Assembly (NCBI RefSeq): GCF_963921235.1
Contig: NC_086109.1
Coordinates: 29,266,001 to 29,330,000 of the forward strand
From: Mobula hypostoma
Taxonomy: Eukaryota
Reading direction: 5' to 3'
Length of the DNA: 64,000 nt
The first letter of the stretch is position 1. Every line of letters begins with the position of its first letter. Made by a program: the position numbers and the translations under genes. Below the pieces are notes generated by a model that saw only the letters and a list, made by a program, of their open reading frames with translations, did no database searches and was not told the origin of the DNA. Positions 13,700-25,359 of the stretch are shown piece after piece.

Positions 13700-14849
13700 C
13701 ATGCCTGCCTATATGTTGGCTTTGTGGAACAATCTATGTTCCAAACCTATTCTGGTATCTGTCCCCTACTTTTCCTTCATTACATCGACGACTGCATTGG
13801 CGCTGCTTCCTGCATGCATGCTGAGCTCGTTGACTTCATTAAATTTGCCTCCAACTTTCACCCTGCCCTCAAGTTTACCTGGTCCATTTCCGACACCTCC
13901 CTCCCCTTTCTAGATCTTTCTGTCTCTATTTCTGGAGACAGCTTATCCACTGATGTCTACTATAAGCCTACTGACTCTCACAGCTATCTGGACTATTCCT
14001 TTTCTCACCCTGTCTCTTGCAAAAATGCCATCCCATTCTTGCAATTCCTCCGTCTCCACCGCATCTGCTCTCAGGATGAGGCTTTTCATTCCAGGACAAA
14101 GGAGATGTCCTCCTTTTTTCAAGAAAGGGGCTTCCCTTCCTCCACCATCAACCCTGCTCTCAAATGCATCTCCCCCATTTCACGTACATCTGCTCTCACT
14201 CCATCCTCCTGCCACCCCACTGGGAATAGGGTTTCCCTTGTCCTCACCTACCACCCCACCAGCCTCCGGGTCCAATGTATTATTCTCCGTAACTTCCGCC
14301 ACCTCCAACGGGATCCCACCACTAAGCACATCTTTCCCTCCCCCCCTCTCTCTGCTTTCCGCAGGGATCGTTCCCTACGCGACTCCCTTGTCCATTTGTT
14401 CCCCCCCATCCCTCCCCACTAATCTCCCTTCTGGCACTTATCCTTGTAAGCGGAACAAGTGCTACACATGCCCTTACACTTCCTCCCTTACCACCATTCA
14501 GGGCCCCAGACAGTCCTTCCAGGTGAGGTGAAACTTCACCTGTGAGTCAGCTGGGGTGATATACTGTGTCCGGTGCTCCCGATGTGGCCTTCTACATATT
14601 GGCGAGACCCGACGCAGACTGGGAGATCGCTTCACTGAACACCTATGCTCTGTCCTCCAGAGAAAGCAGGATCTCCCAGTGGCCACACATTTTAATTCCA
14701 CGTCCCATTCCCATTCTGATATGTCTATCCATGGCCTCCTCTACTGTAAAGGTGAAGCCACACTCAGGTTGGAGGAACAACACCTTATATTCCGTCTGGG
14801 TAGCCTCCAACCTGATGGCATGAATATTGACTTCTCAAACTTCCGCTAA
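13700..14849 (+). pseudogene. Penelope RT / GIY-YIG ORF remnant with one +1 frameshift (C-run near 14401) and one TGA (14529-14531)
   Basis: ORFs 13670..14422, 13953..14531 and 14556..14849 join into one PLE protein; the last two are in the same frame. Confidence 0.9.
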
Positions 14850-15149
14850 TGCCCCACCTCCCCCTCATACCCCATCCGTTATTTATTTACACACACAAAT
14901 TCTTTTTCTCTCTCTCCTTTTTCTCCCTCTGTCCCTCTCACTATACCCCTTGCCCATCCTCTGGGTTTTCTCCCCCCTCCCCCTTTTCTTTCTCCCTGGG
15001 CCTCCTGTCTCATGATCCTCCCATATCTCTTTTGCCAATCAACTGTCCAACTCTTGGCTCCATCCCTCCCCCTCCTGTCTTTTCCTATCATTTTGGATCT
15101 TTCCCTCCCCCTCCCACTTTCAAATCTCTTACTAGCTCTTCTTTCAGTT

Positions 15150-15185
15150 AGCCCTGACGAAGGGTCTCAGCCCGAAACGTCGACT
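15150..15185 (+). ncRNA. Minimal type-I hammerhead ribozyme motif in Penelope pseudo-LTR
   Basis: agcc-CTGACGA-aGGGtctcagCCC-GAAA-C-GTC-gact: conserved core, stem II GGG/CCC, loopless palindromic ACGT stem III, GUC triplet; one mismatch in stem I. Confidence 0.75.
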
Positions 15186-16809
15186 GTATCTCTTCCTAGA
15201 GATGCTGCCTGGCCTGCTGCGTTCACCAGCAACTTTGATGTGTGTTGCTTGAATTTCCAGCATCTGCAGAATTCCTCGTGTTAGTGTTGTGACCGCTCCT
15301 TTTCATGTTATATGTTAATGATATGGACAACAGAATTGATGGCAAAGATAGAGGGAAGGGCAGGTAGTGTTGAGGAAGCAGGGAACTTGCAGAAGGACTT
15401 AGAAAGATTGGAAGAATAGGCAAAGAAGTGGCCAGATGGAATATAATGCTGAGAAGTGTATGGTCATGCACATTGGTAGAAGGAATAAAGAAGTAAATGG
15501 GAAGAAAATATAAAAATTAGAGGTGCAAAGTGTCTTGGGAGTCTATCTGTAGGATTGCCTAAAAGTTAATCTGTAGGTTGAGTTGGTGGTAAAGAAGACA
15601 AATGCAATGTTAACATTCATTTTGAGAGGACCAGAATAAATGAGCAAGGTTGTAATGCTGAGGCTTTATAAAGCATTGGTCAGACCACTCTTGGGGTATT
15701 GTGAGCAGTTTTGGGCCCTTTAACTGAGTAAAGATGTGCCGACATTGATGAGGGTCCAGAGGACTTTCACACATATGATTCTGGAAATGAAAGGGTTAAT
15801 GTATAAGGAAATTTGCTGCCTCTGGCCTGTAGAAGCTGGAGTTTAGAAGAATGAGGGGGGATCTCATTTAAACTTCGATAGAGTGGATATGGAAAGGATG
15901 TTTCCCATTGTGGGTGAGTCTAGGACCTGAGGGCGCAGTCTCAGAATAGAGGGATGTTCATTTAGAACAAATATGAGGAGGAATTTATTTCACCAGAGGG
16001 TAGTCAAACTGTGGAATTCATTGTCACAGAAGGCTGCGGAGCCCAAGTCTCAAGTTCTTGATTAGTAAGTTGTGAAACATTATGGAGAGAAGGCAGAAAA
16101 ATGGGGTTGAGATGCATGATGAAATTGTAGAGTAGGTTCAAGAGGCCAAATGGACTAATTCTGCTCCTATGTTTTATGGTCTCATGGTACCAACACTTGG
16201 AGCTCCCTTACTAAATCTCTTCATGTCATTCTCCCTCTTCCATTCACTCGCTCTTTAAAACCTAATCACTGATCATTTTTTAAATGCTTTCCACTAATTT
16301 CTGCTTTGATATCACCTTTAATGTGTAATTGCTCCTGTAAAGCTGTTAACGTTAAGGAGCTATCTAAATTCAAGTTAATATACTATTATTGGTGATACAG
16401 CCAGAAGCCATATGGGACATGATACAATTAAAATTGTTTGGTACTTTGTACACATCATTGAGATTAAAAATAAACAATGACTTTATAATTAATACATATT
16501 TATTTCTTCCAAATTGTCTAGTTCTTGTTTGGAAGCAATTCTATGAATGCTGGCATTGCCTTGTCCATGAGGCCAAGTGGGGTTTTAAAAGTCCTGTGGA
16601 GACCCATTACATGGTACTGATGATCTAATTCTGAAAAAAAAATTAATGTCTCAATTACTGTCCTTGGCTGGGCTAAACTATGTCATCACAAATCACAAGC
16701 ATTATGATTACTCACAGTGTTGAACTTGACTTGTCCATTCCACCACTCAGTTGAATGTGGAGCTTGTTCTGACAAGGCTGGTGAGCAAGTACAGTGAAAA
16801 AGGTGCACT

Positions 16810-17548
16810 AGTTATTCACATGTTCTACCAGTCTATTGTCACCAGTACAATCTTCCATGTAGTAGCGTGCTGAGGCAATGGCATCAACATGGGTGATGCC
16901 AACAGGCTCAATAAACTGATCAGGAAGGAAGGCTCTGTTATAGTAGTCAAAATGGACAGACTGGAAGCTGTGGTAGAATAAAGGACCCTTCGGAATATCC
17001 TGGCAATTCTGACAATGTTTCTCATCCTCTGCATGCAACCTTGGCTGAACAGAGGAGCATTTTCAGTAATAGACTAAGACAACTGCGCTGCCACAAAGAG
17101 TGCTATATGAGGTCATTCTTACCCTCAGCCATTGGGCTTTATAATGAATCAACCTATAGCCAGGGAAGTGATGATCCCTCCAGTTAGACTGTTATTAACC
17201 TCTGTTTACCAGAGCTCTGTTTTAGCTCTGCTTATCACACCCTGCTATGGTGGACAACACTGTGCAATACTACCATCACTCTCTGGACATTGTGAATGCC
17301 TAATATTATGGCAACTCTTGCACTACCATCTTATCAGTGTGAACTTGGAAACCTTGTAAATCTTGTAATCTTTGACTTGTAAATCTTGTACATCTAATTT
17401 TTAAGGTAACCTATTGTTTTATTCTTTCTAACTTATCTTTTAATATTTGTATATCTGTGCACTTGTAAATCTACTGTGACATTGTAATTTCCTTTGGGCT
17501 CTATGAAGTATCTATCTAGCTATCTTATCTATCTTATCTATCTATTTA
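16810..17548 (+). mobile_element. Older Rex1/Babar 3' fragment with (TATC)n tail
   Basis: MFYQSIVTSTIFHVVAC...RLNKLIRKEGSV, homologous to the C-terminus of the adjacent copy; tail aatttcctttgggctctatgaagtatctatct. Confidence 0.8.
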
Positions 17549-17566
17549 TCAGGCTCATGTTGAATA

Positions 17567-18992
17567 CTTCACCATATATTCAACATGAGCCTGAGGCTCC
17601 GGAGGGTTCCTGTACTGTGGAAGACGTCCTGCCTCGTCCCTGTGCCGAAGATGCCGCGCCCCAGCGGCCTCAATGACTACAGACCGGTGGCATTGACCTC
17701 CCACGTCATGAAGACCCTGGAGAGACTTGTTCTGGAGCTGCTCCGGCCTATGGTCAGGCCACACTTAAATCTCCTCCAGTTCACCTACCAGCCCGGACTA
17801 GGAGTTGAGGATGCCATCATCTACCTGCTGAACTGTGTCTACGCCTACCTGGACAAGCCAGCGAGCACCGTGAGGGTCATGTTTTTTGACTTCTCCAGTG
17901 CGTTCAACACCATCTGCCCTGCTCTACTGGGGGAGAAGCTGACAGCGATGCAGGCGGATGCTTCCCTGGTATCATGGATTCTTGATTACCTGACTGGCGG
18001 ACCACAGTACGTATGCTTGCAACACTGTGTGTCCGACACAGTGATCAGCAGCACTGGGGCTCCACAGGGGACTGTCTTGTCTCCCTTTCTCTTCACCATT
18101 TACACCTCGGACTTCAACTACTGCACAGAGTCTTGTCATCTTTAGAAGTTTTCGGATGACTCTGCCATAGTTGGATGCATCAGCAAGGCAGATGAGGGAG
18201 AGTACAGGTCTACGGTAGGAAACTTTGTCACATGGTGTGAACAGAATTATCTGCAGCTTAATGTGAAAAAGACTAAGGAGCTGGTGGTAGACCTGAGGAG
18301 AGCTAAGGTACCGGTGACCCCTGTTTCCATCCGGGGGGTCAGTGTGGACATGGTGGACGATTACAAATATCTGGGGATACGAATTGACAATAAACTGGAC
18401 TGGTTAAAGAACACTGAGGCTACCTACAAGAAGGGTCAGAGCCATCTCTATTTCCTGAGGAGACTGAGGTCCTTTAACATCTGCCAGACGATGCTGAGGA
18501 TGTTCTACGAGTCTGTGGTGGCCAGTGCTATCATGTTTGCTGTTGTATGCTGGGGCAGCAAGCTGAGGGTAGCAGACACCATCAGAATCAACAAACTCAT
18601 TCGTAAGGCCAGTGGTGTTGTAGGGATGGAACTGGACTCTCTGACGATGGTGTCTGAAAAGAGGATGCTGTCTAAGTTGCATGCCATCTTGGTCAATGTC
18701 TCCCATCCACTACATAATGTACTGGGTGGGCACAGGAGTACATTCAGCCAGAGACTCATTCCTCCAAGATGCAGCACAGAGCGTCATAGGAAGTCATTCC
18801 TGCCTGTGGCCATCAAACTTTACAACTCCTCCCTTGGAGGGTCAGACACCCTGAGCCAATAGGCTGGTCCTGGACTTATTTCATAATTTAGTGGCATAAT
18901 TTACATATTACTATTTAACTATTTATGGTTCTATTACTATCTATTATTTATGGTGCAACTGTAACGAAAACCATTTTCCCTCGGGATCAATA
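17567..18992 (+). mobile_element. Rex1/Babar LINE, 5'-truncated, RT to C-terminus with a single nonsense codon
   Basis: ORFs 17585..18145 and 18263..18862 are in the same frame, split by TAG at 18143; DYRPVALTSHVMKTLERL, FDFSSAFNTI, GAPQGTVLSP, FSDD. Confidence 0.95.
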
Positions 18993-19534
18993 ACAACAGA
19001 TGGTTCAATAATGTTAGTGCCAACAATTACTCAGAAATTTGAAGAAAAGGAAAAAGACATTGGCAAAGATTATACTGTGGGTGAAACAGCTTAACATGTG
19101 ACAAACATTAGAATTCTTGAACACTTGACTCTTTCTAATTGTGCACAGTATATCTTTAATTTGTTTTAAGTGTGTAGTTTAATATTCCTCAAATTTCCAT
19201 CTGTCTTTTCATCAGCTGAAAGTTTTTGGCTGTGCAGATTAGTAATAGTTCAATGCAAATTGGAGGACCGTTGGTAACAATCATTTTGTTCTCCTTTACA
19301 CTCATGTACTGTAGAAATAACAATAAACAATCTTGAATGCCCACAGGTTAAGATATTCTTAGGGAGAGAGAGAAATTTCTTTGATCTCATAGACAGATGA
19401 ATTAGAGTAGGAATGGCCAGATTAGGAAAGCAAATTACCTGAAATTAGGGAATTTGGGCAAACCCAGAAGACTATAATATGCACAGATGGAAGATGAGGT
19501 ATTATTCCTCGGGTTTATGGTGGCATCATCATAA

Positions 19535-19880
19535 TCTTCTCCAAGGATTGTCACCTTGTTGTGGTGGAGAGATTTGTGAGCTCCTCAGATCCTGAGATAG
19601 ATGTTGCCTGTAGCTTGGCTCTTGGTAAATTCACCCATGGTGAAGGGGAAGGGGAATGATCAAGACAAAGACTAGATCCAATGAAGAACTTAATGGTGGA
19701 ACTGGTGGAAGATGACACACATCACAATGGCAGTGAAGGTGGAGGAAGACTGCAGCAGTGAATGGCCCCCAATCATCTTGGATGCCATGACACTGAACCC
19801 TGACTCCGATCTGCCAAGTACTCTGTGGTGGCTGCCCATGAATCAGCGATCCCAAGTTAAACAGAGTTACTGGCAGCATT
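19535..19880 (+). mobile_element. RTE/Expander-like non-coding element, copy 1
   Basis: caccttgttgtggtggagagatttgtgagctcctcagatcc resembles an Expander/Rex3-type 5'UTR; colinear with 21225-21565. Confidence 0.6.
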
Positions 19881-20620
19881 ATAATTGTGCAGGAGCTATA
19901 AACAGACAAGTTAGATTTGAAGTGTAATGGAGAATTAAAGTAGCAGGAATCAGGAATCTGCAGACTGAGCAAAGGTGCCTTGCACACCAGTTGCCAGATA
20001 TACGTTTGGTTTCTCCAGTATAGAGAAGTGCACATTATGAATACTATATGTATGAACTAGATTGGAAGAAGTGCAATAAATTGCTGTAACATTCAAAGGA
20101 CTGTTTGAGTCCATGAATTGTTAGAAGGAAAGAAGTTAAAGGACAGGTGGACTTTCTCTTGTGGTTGCATGGCAAGCTATTGTAAAAAAGGAAGTAGGCT
20201 GTGGGAATAGAAAAGTTTTCCAGGAATTTGCAGAAAAAGTTGTCTCCTTGAAATGCTAAAATGGGGGAGAGGAAGGAGAAGCATCCAATATTGGGATTTT
20301 AGAGCGACTGGAAATTACAAAGTATAGCCTGATGAATATGGAGAGTGGGAGGGTTGTGAGGTGGGTTCTGTCTTTGCTCTTTTCAGAAGGAAAAGAGCAG
20401 ACATATGAGAAAAGGTTGAGGTACAGTCAGAAGCCCCATCAACAATGGTGGAGAGGAACCCACAATTCACAAAAGAGGAAGACGTCATGGATGCACCTGT
20501 GTGAAAAGTCTTATCGTCAGAGCAAGTGGGGAAGAGATGGAGGAAATTAAAGAATTGACTAAAGTTCTTACAGAAGGCAGGGTTAAAGGAAGTATAGTCA
20601 AGATGGCTATGGAAGAGTGT
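19880..20620 (-). mobile_element. Highly decayed Penelope fragment
   Basis: Minus strand encodes LLYTGETKRISGN (GIY-YIG remnant) near 19990-20030; a degenerate pseudo-LTR lies nearby on the plus strand at 20810-20940. Confidence 0.55.
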
Positions 20621-21224
20621 GGGCCTGTGAAGATGAGAGAAGGGTGGGCATTGACAGGAAAACTAATGTAAAACTGTTCGTGTTCTGTGTAAGTGCAGAA
20701 AGCAACATCAATAGAATTAAGAAGAAAATGAATTGAATAAATGGATCAAAAAGAGAGAGAGGCATAGTTTGGGCCCAGGACAAGTTCCCATAGTTGCACC
20801 TTTGTTCTGGAGAAAGTGAATGAAGGCAAATAACAACTTTTCCGAAAACTATGACCCTGCCTCTCTTTCTACTGATGCTGACTAGCCTGCTGAATTGTTC
20901 TAGCATTTTCACTTTTTATTTCAGATTACTAGCATCTGTCACTCAGGTACATTTTTCTGAAATTACCTATTTTCTGGACAACCACAAAACTATTAAAATT
21001 AATTTTCCATATTTTGTTTTTAGCTTTGGCCCTGGCATTGTGTTTTTCAATCAGATTCAAAGCCTTATTGCCCATGTAGCCCAATTTCAAGACACAAGTG
21101 ATAACCCAGGAGCAGAGCTACCTCCCTTAATATGATGCTACTTTTGAATATATGTAGCTCCAGGCTGAGAGACTTGTATAGATACGTATACTCTCACTGT
21201 TGATGTGCGTGAAAGCAATAGATC

Positions 21225-21565
21225 CTTCTCTGAGGATCATTGTCTTGCCATGGTGAAGAGGCCTGTGAGTTCCTCAGATCTCAAGAGCAATGCTGTCTGG
21301 GGGTTAGCTCCTGGTCAGATTACCCACAGTGGTAAGGACAAGGAGGAGGTTTCAGCCCAAAGAGCAATCCAATCAAGACTTCAGTGGTGGAGATGGAGGA
21401 AGATGATACACATCAAAATGCAGAGAAAGGCTGCAGCAGTGAAGGGTCCTCAGTTATTGTGTATTCCATGCCACTGAATCCTAATCCCAATCCATCAAGG
21501 CAGCGTGATGACTACCTGTGCTTCAGCTTCCCCATATTAAACCAAGTTTCGCACAGGCATTCTTC
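21225..21565 (+). mobile_element. RTE/Expander-like non-coding element, copy 2
   Basis: Colinear with 19535-19880 (ctcagatc...tggt...acccac/at...ggaagatga...ctgcagcagtgaa...ccatg.cactgaa). Confidence 0.6.
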
Positions 21566-22820
21566 ATTAAGGGAATAACCCCTTAGGAAAACAACATACT
21601 TGAATCAAGGAATTGCACGGCTAGTAAGAAATCTTAAATTTACAGAAATTTATTCTGTTAAAATTGGGTTGATAAATTCATAAATTTATCAGGGTATCTA
21701 TGATTTTGACTGGCAATATGAATTTTCTTTCCCCCAGTGATGAGGTAGCAGAGCAATTCCAATGTCACAACAGGTGAACATTGCAAATTCCCAAAAATCT
21801 GTCATTTTTGCTGGCAAAAAATGTGTGCATTTCAGTTGGATCGGACAGATACAGAAAGCTTTCCTTATGCTTTGGAGCACTTTGCATCTACGGACCCATA
21901 GATTCAAATTCTGATTTACTTATCATATGTACATTGAAACATAGAGTGAAATGCATCATTTGCATTAACAACCAACAAGCTAAGAAGCTCCATTTCTATA
22001 TTTAAGAGAAGTTTGGATAGGTACATGTATGGCTGGGGTATGGAAGTTTATGATCCAGGAGCAGGTTGATGGTAGTAGGCAGTTTAAATGGTTTGGCATG
22101 AGCTAGATGGGCCGAAGGGTCTGTTTCTGAGCTGTATGACTGCATGACCAAGAGATGTGCAGGGCGCAGCCTGCAAGTGTCACCACACATTCTGACACCA
22201 ACACAGCATGCCCACAGTTCTTGGCACAACAGAGAACACAATAACCAACAAAACTATAACAGCAAAACAAGCACCTTTCCTCTCTCCCACCCGCCCACAC
22301 ACATGGAGAGTACTCCAACTCCAGGGTAGGATTCCAGTCTCCATGCTCCAGCCTCCAATCTCCAGGATGAATCACTTCTTTTGTAATTTATAGTCTTTTT
22401 TTCATTTATTATGATCTACAATATACTGCTGCTGCAAAACAATAGTTTTCACAACATATGCCAATGATTTTAAACTTGATTCTGATTCTGCTTCTAAAAT
22501 GTTAGGTAAGGATTGAGTGGGATTCAAGTATGAGGCTCCTCATTTTCCAACAGTTTGTCAGCACTTGATTGACTGCCAGTTTGTTCGAGCTATGCAGAGT
22601 AACGAGGGAACAACAACCAAAAAAGGAGTGACAATTTCAGAAAGTATGCCAGAGAAAAATTAGCAAGAAAATGGAAAATGTTTTCAAATATGTCCTTGGA
22701 ATTTGGATGCATTAATAAATATTTTTCTAATGCTTGGCACACGATGAGTCAGAATGAGATTCATGATCACTTACACATGATATAAAATTTCTTGTTCTGC
22801 AGTAGCAGTACAGTGTAAAG

Positions 22821-23139
22821 TGTTATGACACACACCCGACCGTGCCAGTCTCCAATGTTTAAATGCTCTAACTCTCTGGAATATGGATAGCTGGCGCAGC
22901 CCCGTTAAAGATTAAGGGCTGCCCCACTAATTGGCGTCCATGTTTTGGTGCCAAGTTTTTAATATTTAAAGAGTGCCTGATCTGAGGTTCAGTGCTCAAT
23001 CGTCAGCTCTACTTGGATTATCATCTAGCGTCTAGTTTAGGACCCTGTTTTCGTTTCAGTCTCATAACGTGTCTTGATTCTAGTCTTGGATACTCCAGAA
23101 CTTGGGTCCTGACCATCCTCACCTAGGTCTCTCGTCACA
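22821..23139 (+). mobile_element. Solo LTR (319 bp)
   Basis: TG...CA ends tgttatga / tcgtcaca; flanking direct repeat gtaaag at 22815-22820 and 23140-23145; TATA-like tatttaaa near 22963; interrupts a LINE tail. Confidence 0.7.
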
Positions 23140-24271
23140 GTAAAGATTTAAAAATCTATAGATTACAAAATTAAATAAACAGTGTAAAACAAAAAGGAAT
23201 AACAAGACTGTGTTTATGGGCCATTCAGAAAACTGTTGGTGGAGGCACCTTCCTGAGTCTTTGAATCTTGACGACGTTCTTGATGATGAGGAGGGTTGTG
23301 CCCCTGATGGAGAAGGTTGAGTTTACAACTTTCTGCAACCTCTTAAAATCATGTGCATTGGAGTCTGTGATGAACTTAATGAATTGACTTTATTTCTCAC
23401 ATCCTTCACATACATGAGAAGTAAAGATCTTATTGTTACATCTCCGTTTAAATGTGCAATGTGCAATCATAGTAATTTATAATAAATAGAACAGACATTG
23501 TAACATAGAAATATACTCAAAGCAGTGTGAGTTAATCAGTCTAATGGCCTGATGGAAGAAGCTGTCCCGGAGCCCGCTGGTCCTAGCTTTTATGCTGGTG
23601 TACTGTTTCCCAGATAGTAGCAGCTGAAATAGATTGTGTTTGGGGTGACTCAGATCTCCAATGATTCTTCAGGCCTTTTTTTACACATCTGTCTTTGTAA
23701 ATGTCCTGAATCGTGGGAAGTTCACAACTACAGATGCGCTGGGCTGTCCGTACCACTCTCTGCAGAGTCCTGCAATTAAGGGAGGTACAGTTCCCATACC
23801 ATGCAGTGATGCAGCCAGTCAGGATGCTCTCAATTGTGCCCCTGTAGAAAGTTCATAGGATTTGGGGGCCCATACCAAACTTCCTCAGCTGTCTCAGGTG
23901 AAAGAGGAGCTGTTGTGCCTTTTTCACCACACAGCTGGTGTGTACAGACCACATGAGGTCCTCAGTGATGTGGATGCCGAGGAACTTAAAGCTGTTTACC
24001 CTCTCAACCCCAGATACATTTATGTCAATAAGGGTTAGTCTGTCTCCATTCCTCCTGTAGTCCACAACCAGTTCCTTTGTCTTTGCAACATTGAGGGAGA
24101 GGTTGTTTTCTTGACACCACTGTGTCAGACAAATGACTTCTTCCCTGTAGGCCACCTTGTTATTGTTTGAAATTATGCCAATCAATGTAGTGTCGTTGGC
24201 AAATTTAATTAGCAGATTAGAGCTGTGGGTGGCAACACAGTTATGGGTATACAAGTAGTATACAGGGAGTA

Positions 24272-24348
24272 CTGTCTGGCCTGCTGCGTTCGCCAGCAAC
24301 TTTGATGTGTGTTGCTTGAATTTCCAGCATCTGCAGAATTCCTGTTGT
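24272..24348 (+). mobile_element. Penelope pseudo-LTR 3' piece
   Basis: Nearly identical to 15205-15281 (ggcctgctgcgttc.ccagcaactttgatgtgtgttgcttgaatttccagcatctgcagaattcct). Confidence 0.85.
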
Positions 24349-24868
24349 CAGGGTCCAGTTCTGGTCGCCTCACTATGGGAAGGATGTGGAAGCATTGAAA
24401 AGGGTACAGAGGAGATTTACCAGGATGCTGCCTGGTTTAGAGAGTTTGCATTATGATCAGAGATTAAGAGAACTAGGGCTTTACTGTTTGCAGAGAAGGA
24501 GGATGAGAAGAGACATGATAGAGGTGTACAAGATAATAAGAGGAATAGATAGAGTAGATAGCCAGTGTTTCTTCCCCAGGGCACCACTGCTCAATTCAAG
24601 AGGACATGGCTTTAAGGTAAGGGCTGGGAAGTTCAAGGGGGATATTAGAGGAAGGTTTTTCACTCAGAGAGTGGTTGGTGCGTAGAATGCACTGCCTGAG
24701 TCAGTGGTGGAGGCAGATACAGTAGTGAAGTTTAAGAGACTACTGGACAGTTATATGGAGGAATTTAAGTTGGGGGCTTATATGGGAGGCAGGGTTTGAG
24801 GGTCAGCGCAACATTGTGGGCCAAAGGGCCTGTACTGTGCTGTACTATTCTATGTTCTATGTTCTATG
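24349..24868 (+). mobile_element. CR1 3' fragment
   Basis: VQFWSPHYGKDVEALKRVQRRFTRMLPGL...FFTQRVV; (ttctatg)n tail. Confidence 0.92.
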
Positions 24869-25359
24869 AAGGAGAGGACTTAGTACACAGCCCTGAGGGG
24901 CTCCTGTGTTGAGAGTTGGAGGGGTGGAGGTGAGGGAGCCCACTCTTACCACCTGCCAGCAATCTGACAGGAAGTCCAGGATCCAGCTGCACAAGGCAGA
25001 GTCAAGGCTGAGGTCTCTGAGCTTCTTGTCGAGCCTGGATGGAATTACGGTGTTGAATGCTGAACTGTGGTCCAAGAGCAACATTCTCACATAAGCATCC
25101 TTCTTCTCCAGGTGTGTAAGGACGGTGTGTAGAGCAGTGGTTATTGCTTCGTCTGTTGATCAGTTGTGCCTGTCGGTGAATTGTAGGATGGGTGGTAGCA
25201 AGCAGCAGATGTAATCCTTGACCAGCCTCTCAAGGCATTTGCTTATTATTGAGTTGACTGCGACAGGACGCCAGTCATTCAGGCATGTTACCTTGGTTTT
25301 TTTGGTACAGGGACAATGGTGGATAGTTTGAAGCAGGGAGGCATTGAATAATTATAAGG

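Larger units (their letters stand above)
13700..15282 (+). mobile_element. 5'-truncated Penelope-like element (Neptune type): RT C-terminal half, Cys linker, GIY-YIG endonuclease, pseudo-LTR
   Basis: YIDD, LPFLDL, YYKPTDSHSYLDY, CKRNKCYTC linker, VIYC..C..CGLLHIGETRRRLGDRF..H, terminal LQPDGMN; sits in CR1 GTPQGSV with short duplication agtgt (13695-13699 / 15283-15287). Confidence 0.95.
11288..16185 (+). mobile_element. Long decayed CR1 LINE (ORF1 esterase C-terminus plus ORF2 APE and RT), split by a Penelope insertion
   Basis: ORF1 SGNH-esterase-like VISRLLPV...WLRNWC..QGFRF.DH.DLFW...LYKKERLHL (ORF 11414-11710); APE remnant GITESWL near 11914; RT GPDGLHP...PEDWKIANVTPL (13029-13343); 3' tail near 16140-16185. 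Confidence 0.9.
23375..25345 (-). mobile_element. Rex1/Babar LINE fragment interrupted at 24272-24868
   Basis: ORF 24857..25090 ([11 protein letters not shown]...[11 protein letters not shown]) continues into 23853..24299 (YTHNC...KFANDTT...KTKELVVDYRR). Confidence 0.9.

Noticed and set aside
14529..14531. In-frame TGA in the Penelope ORF as possible selenocysteine or programmed readthrough
   Set aside because: It is not at a Cys-motif position, is most simply a CGA-to-TGA CpG transition, the copy also has a frameshift, and I see no SECIS
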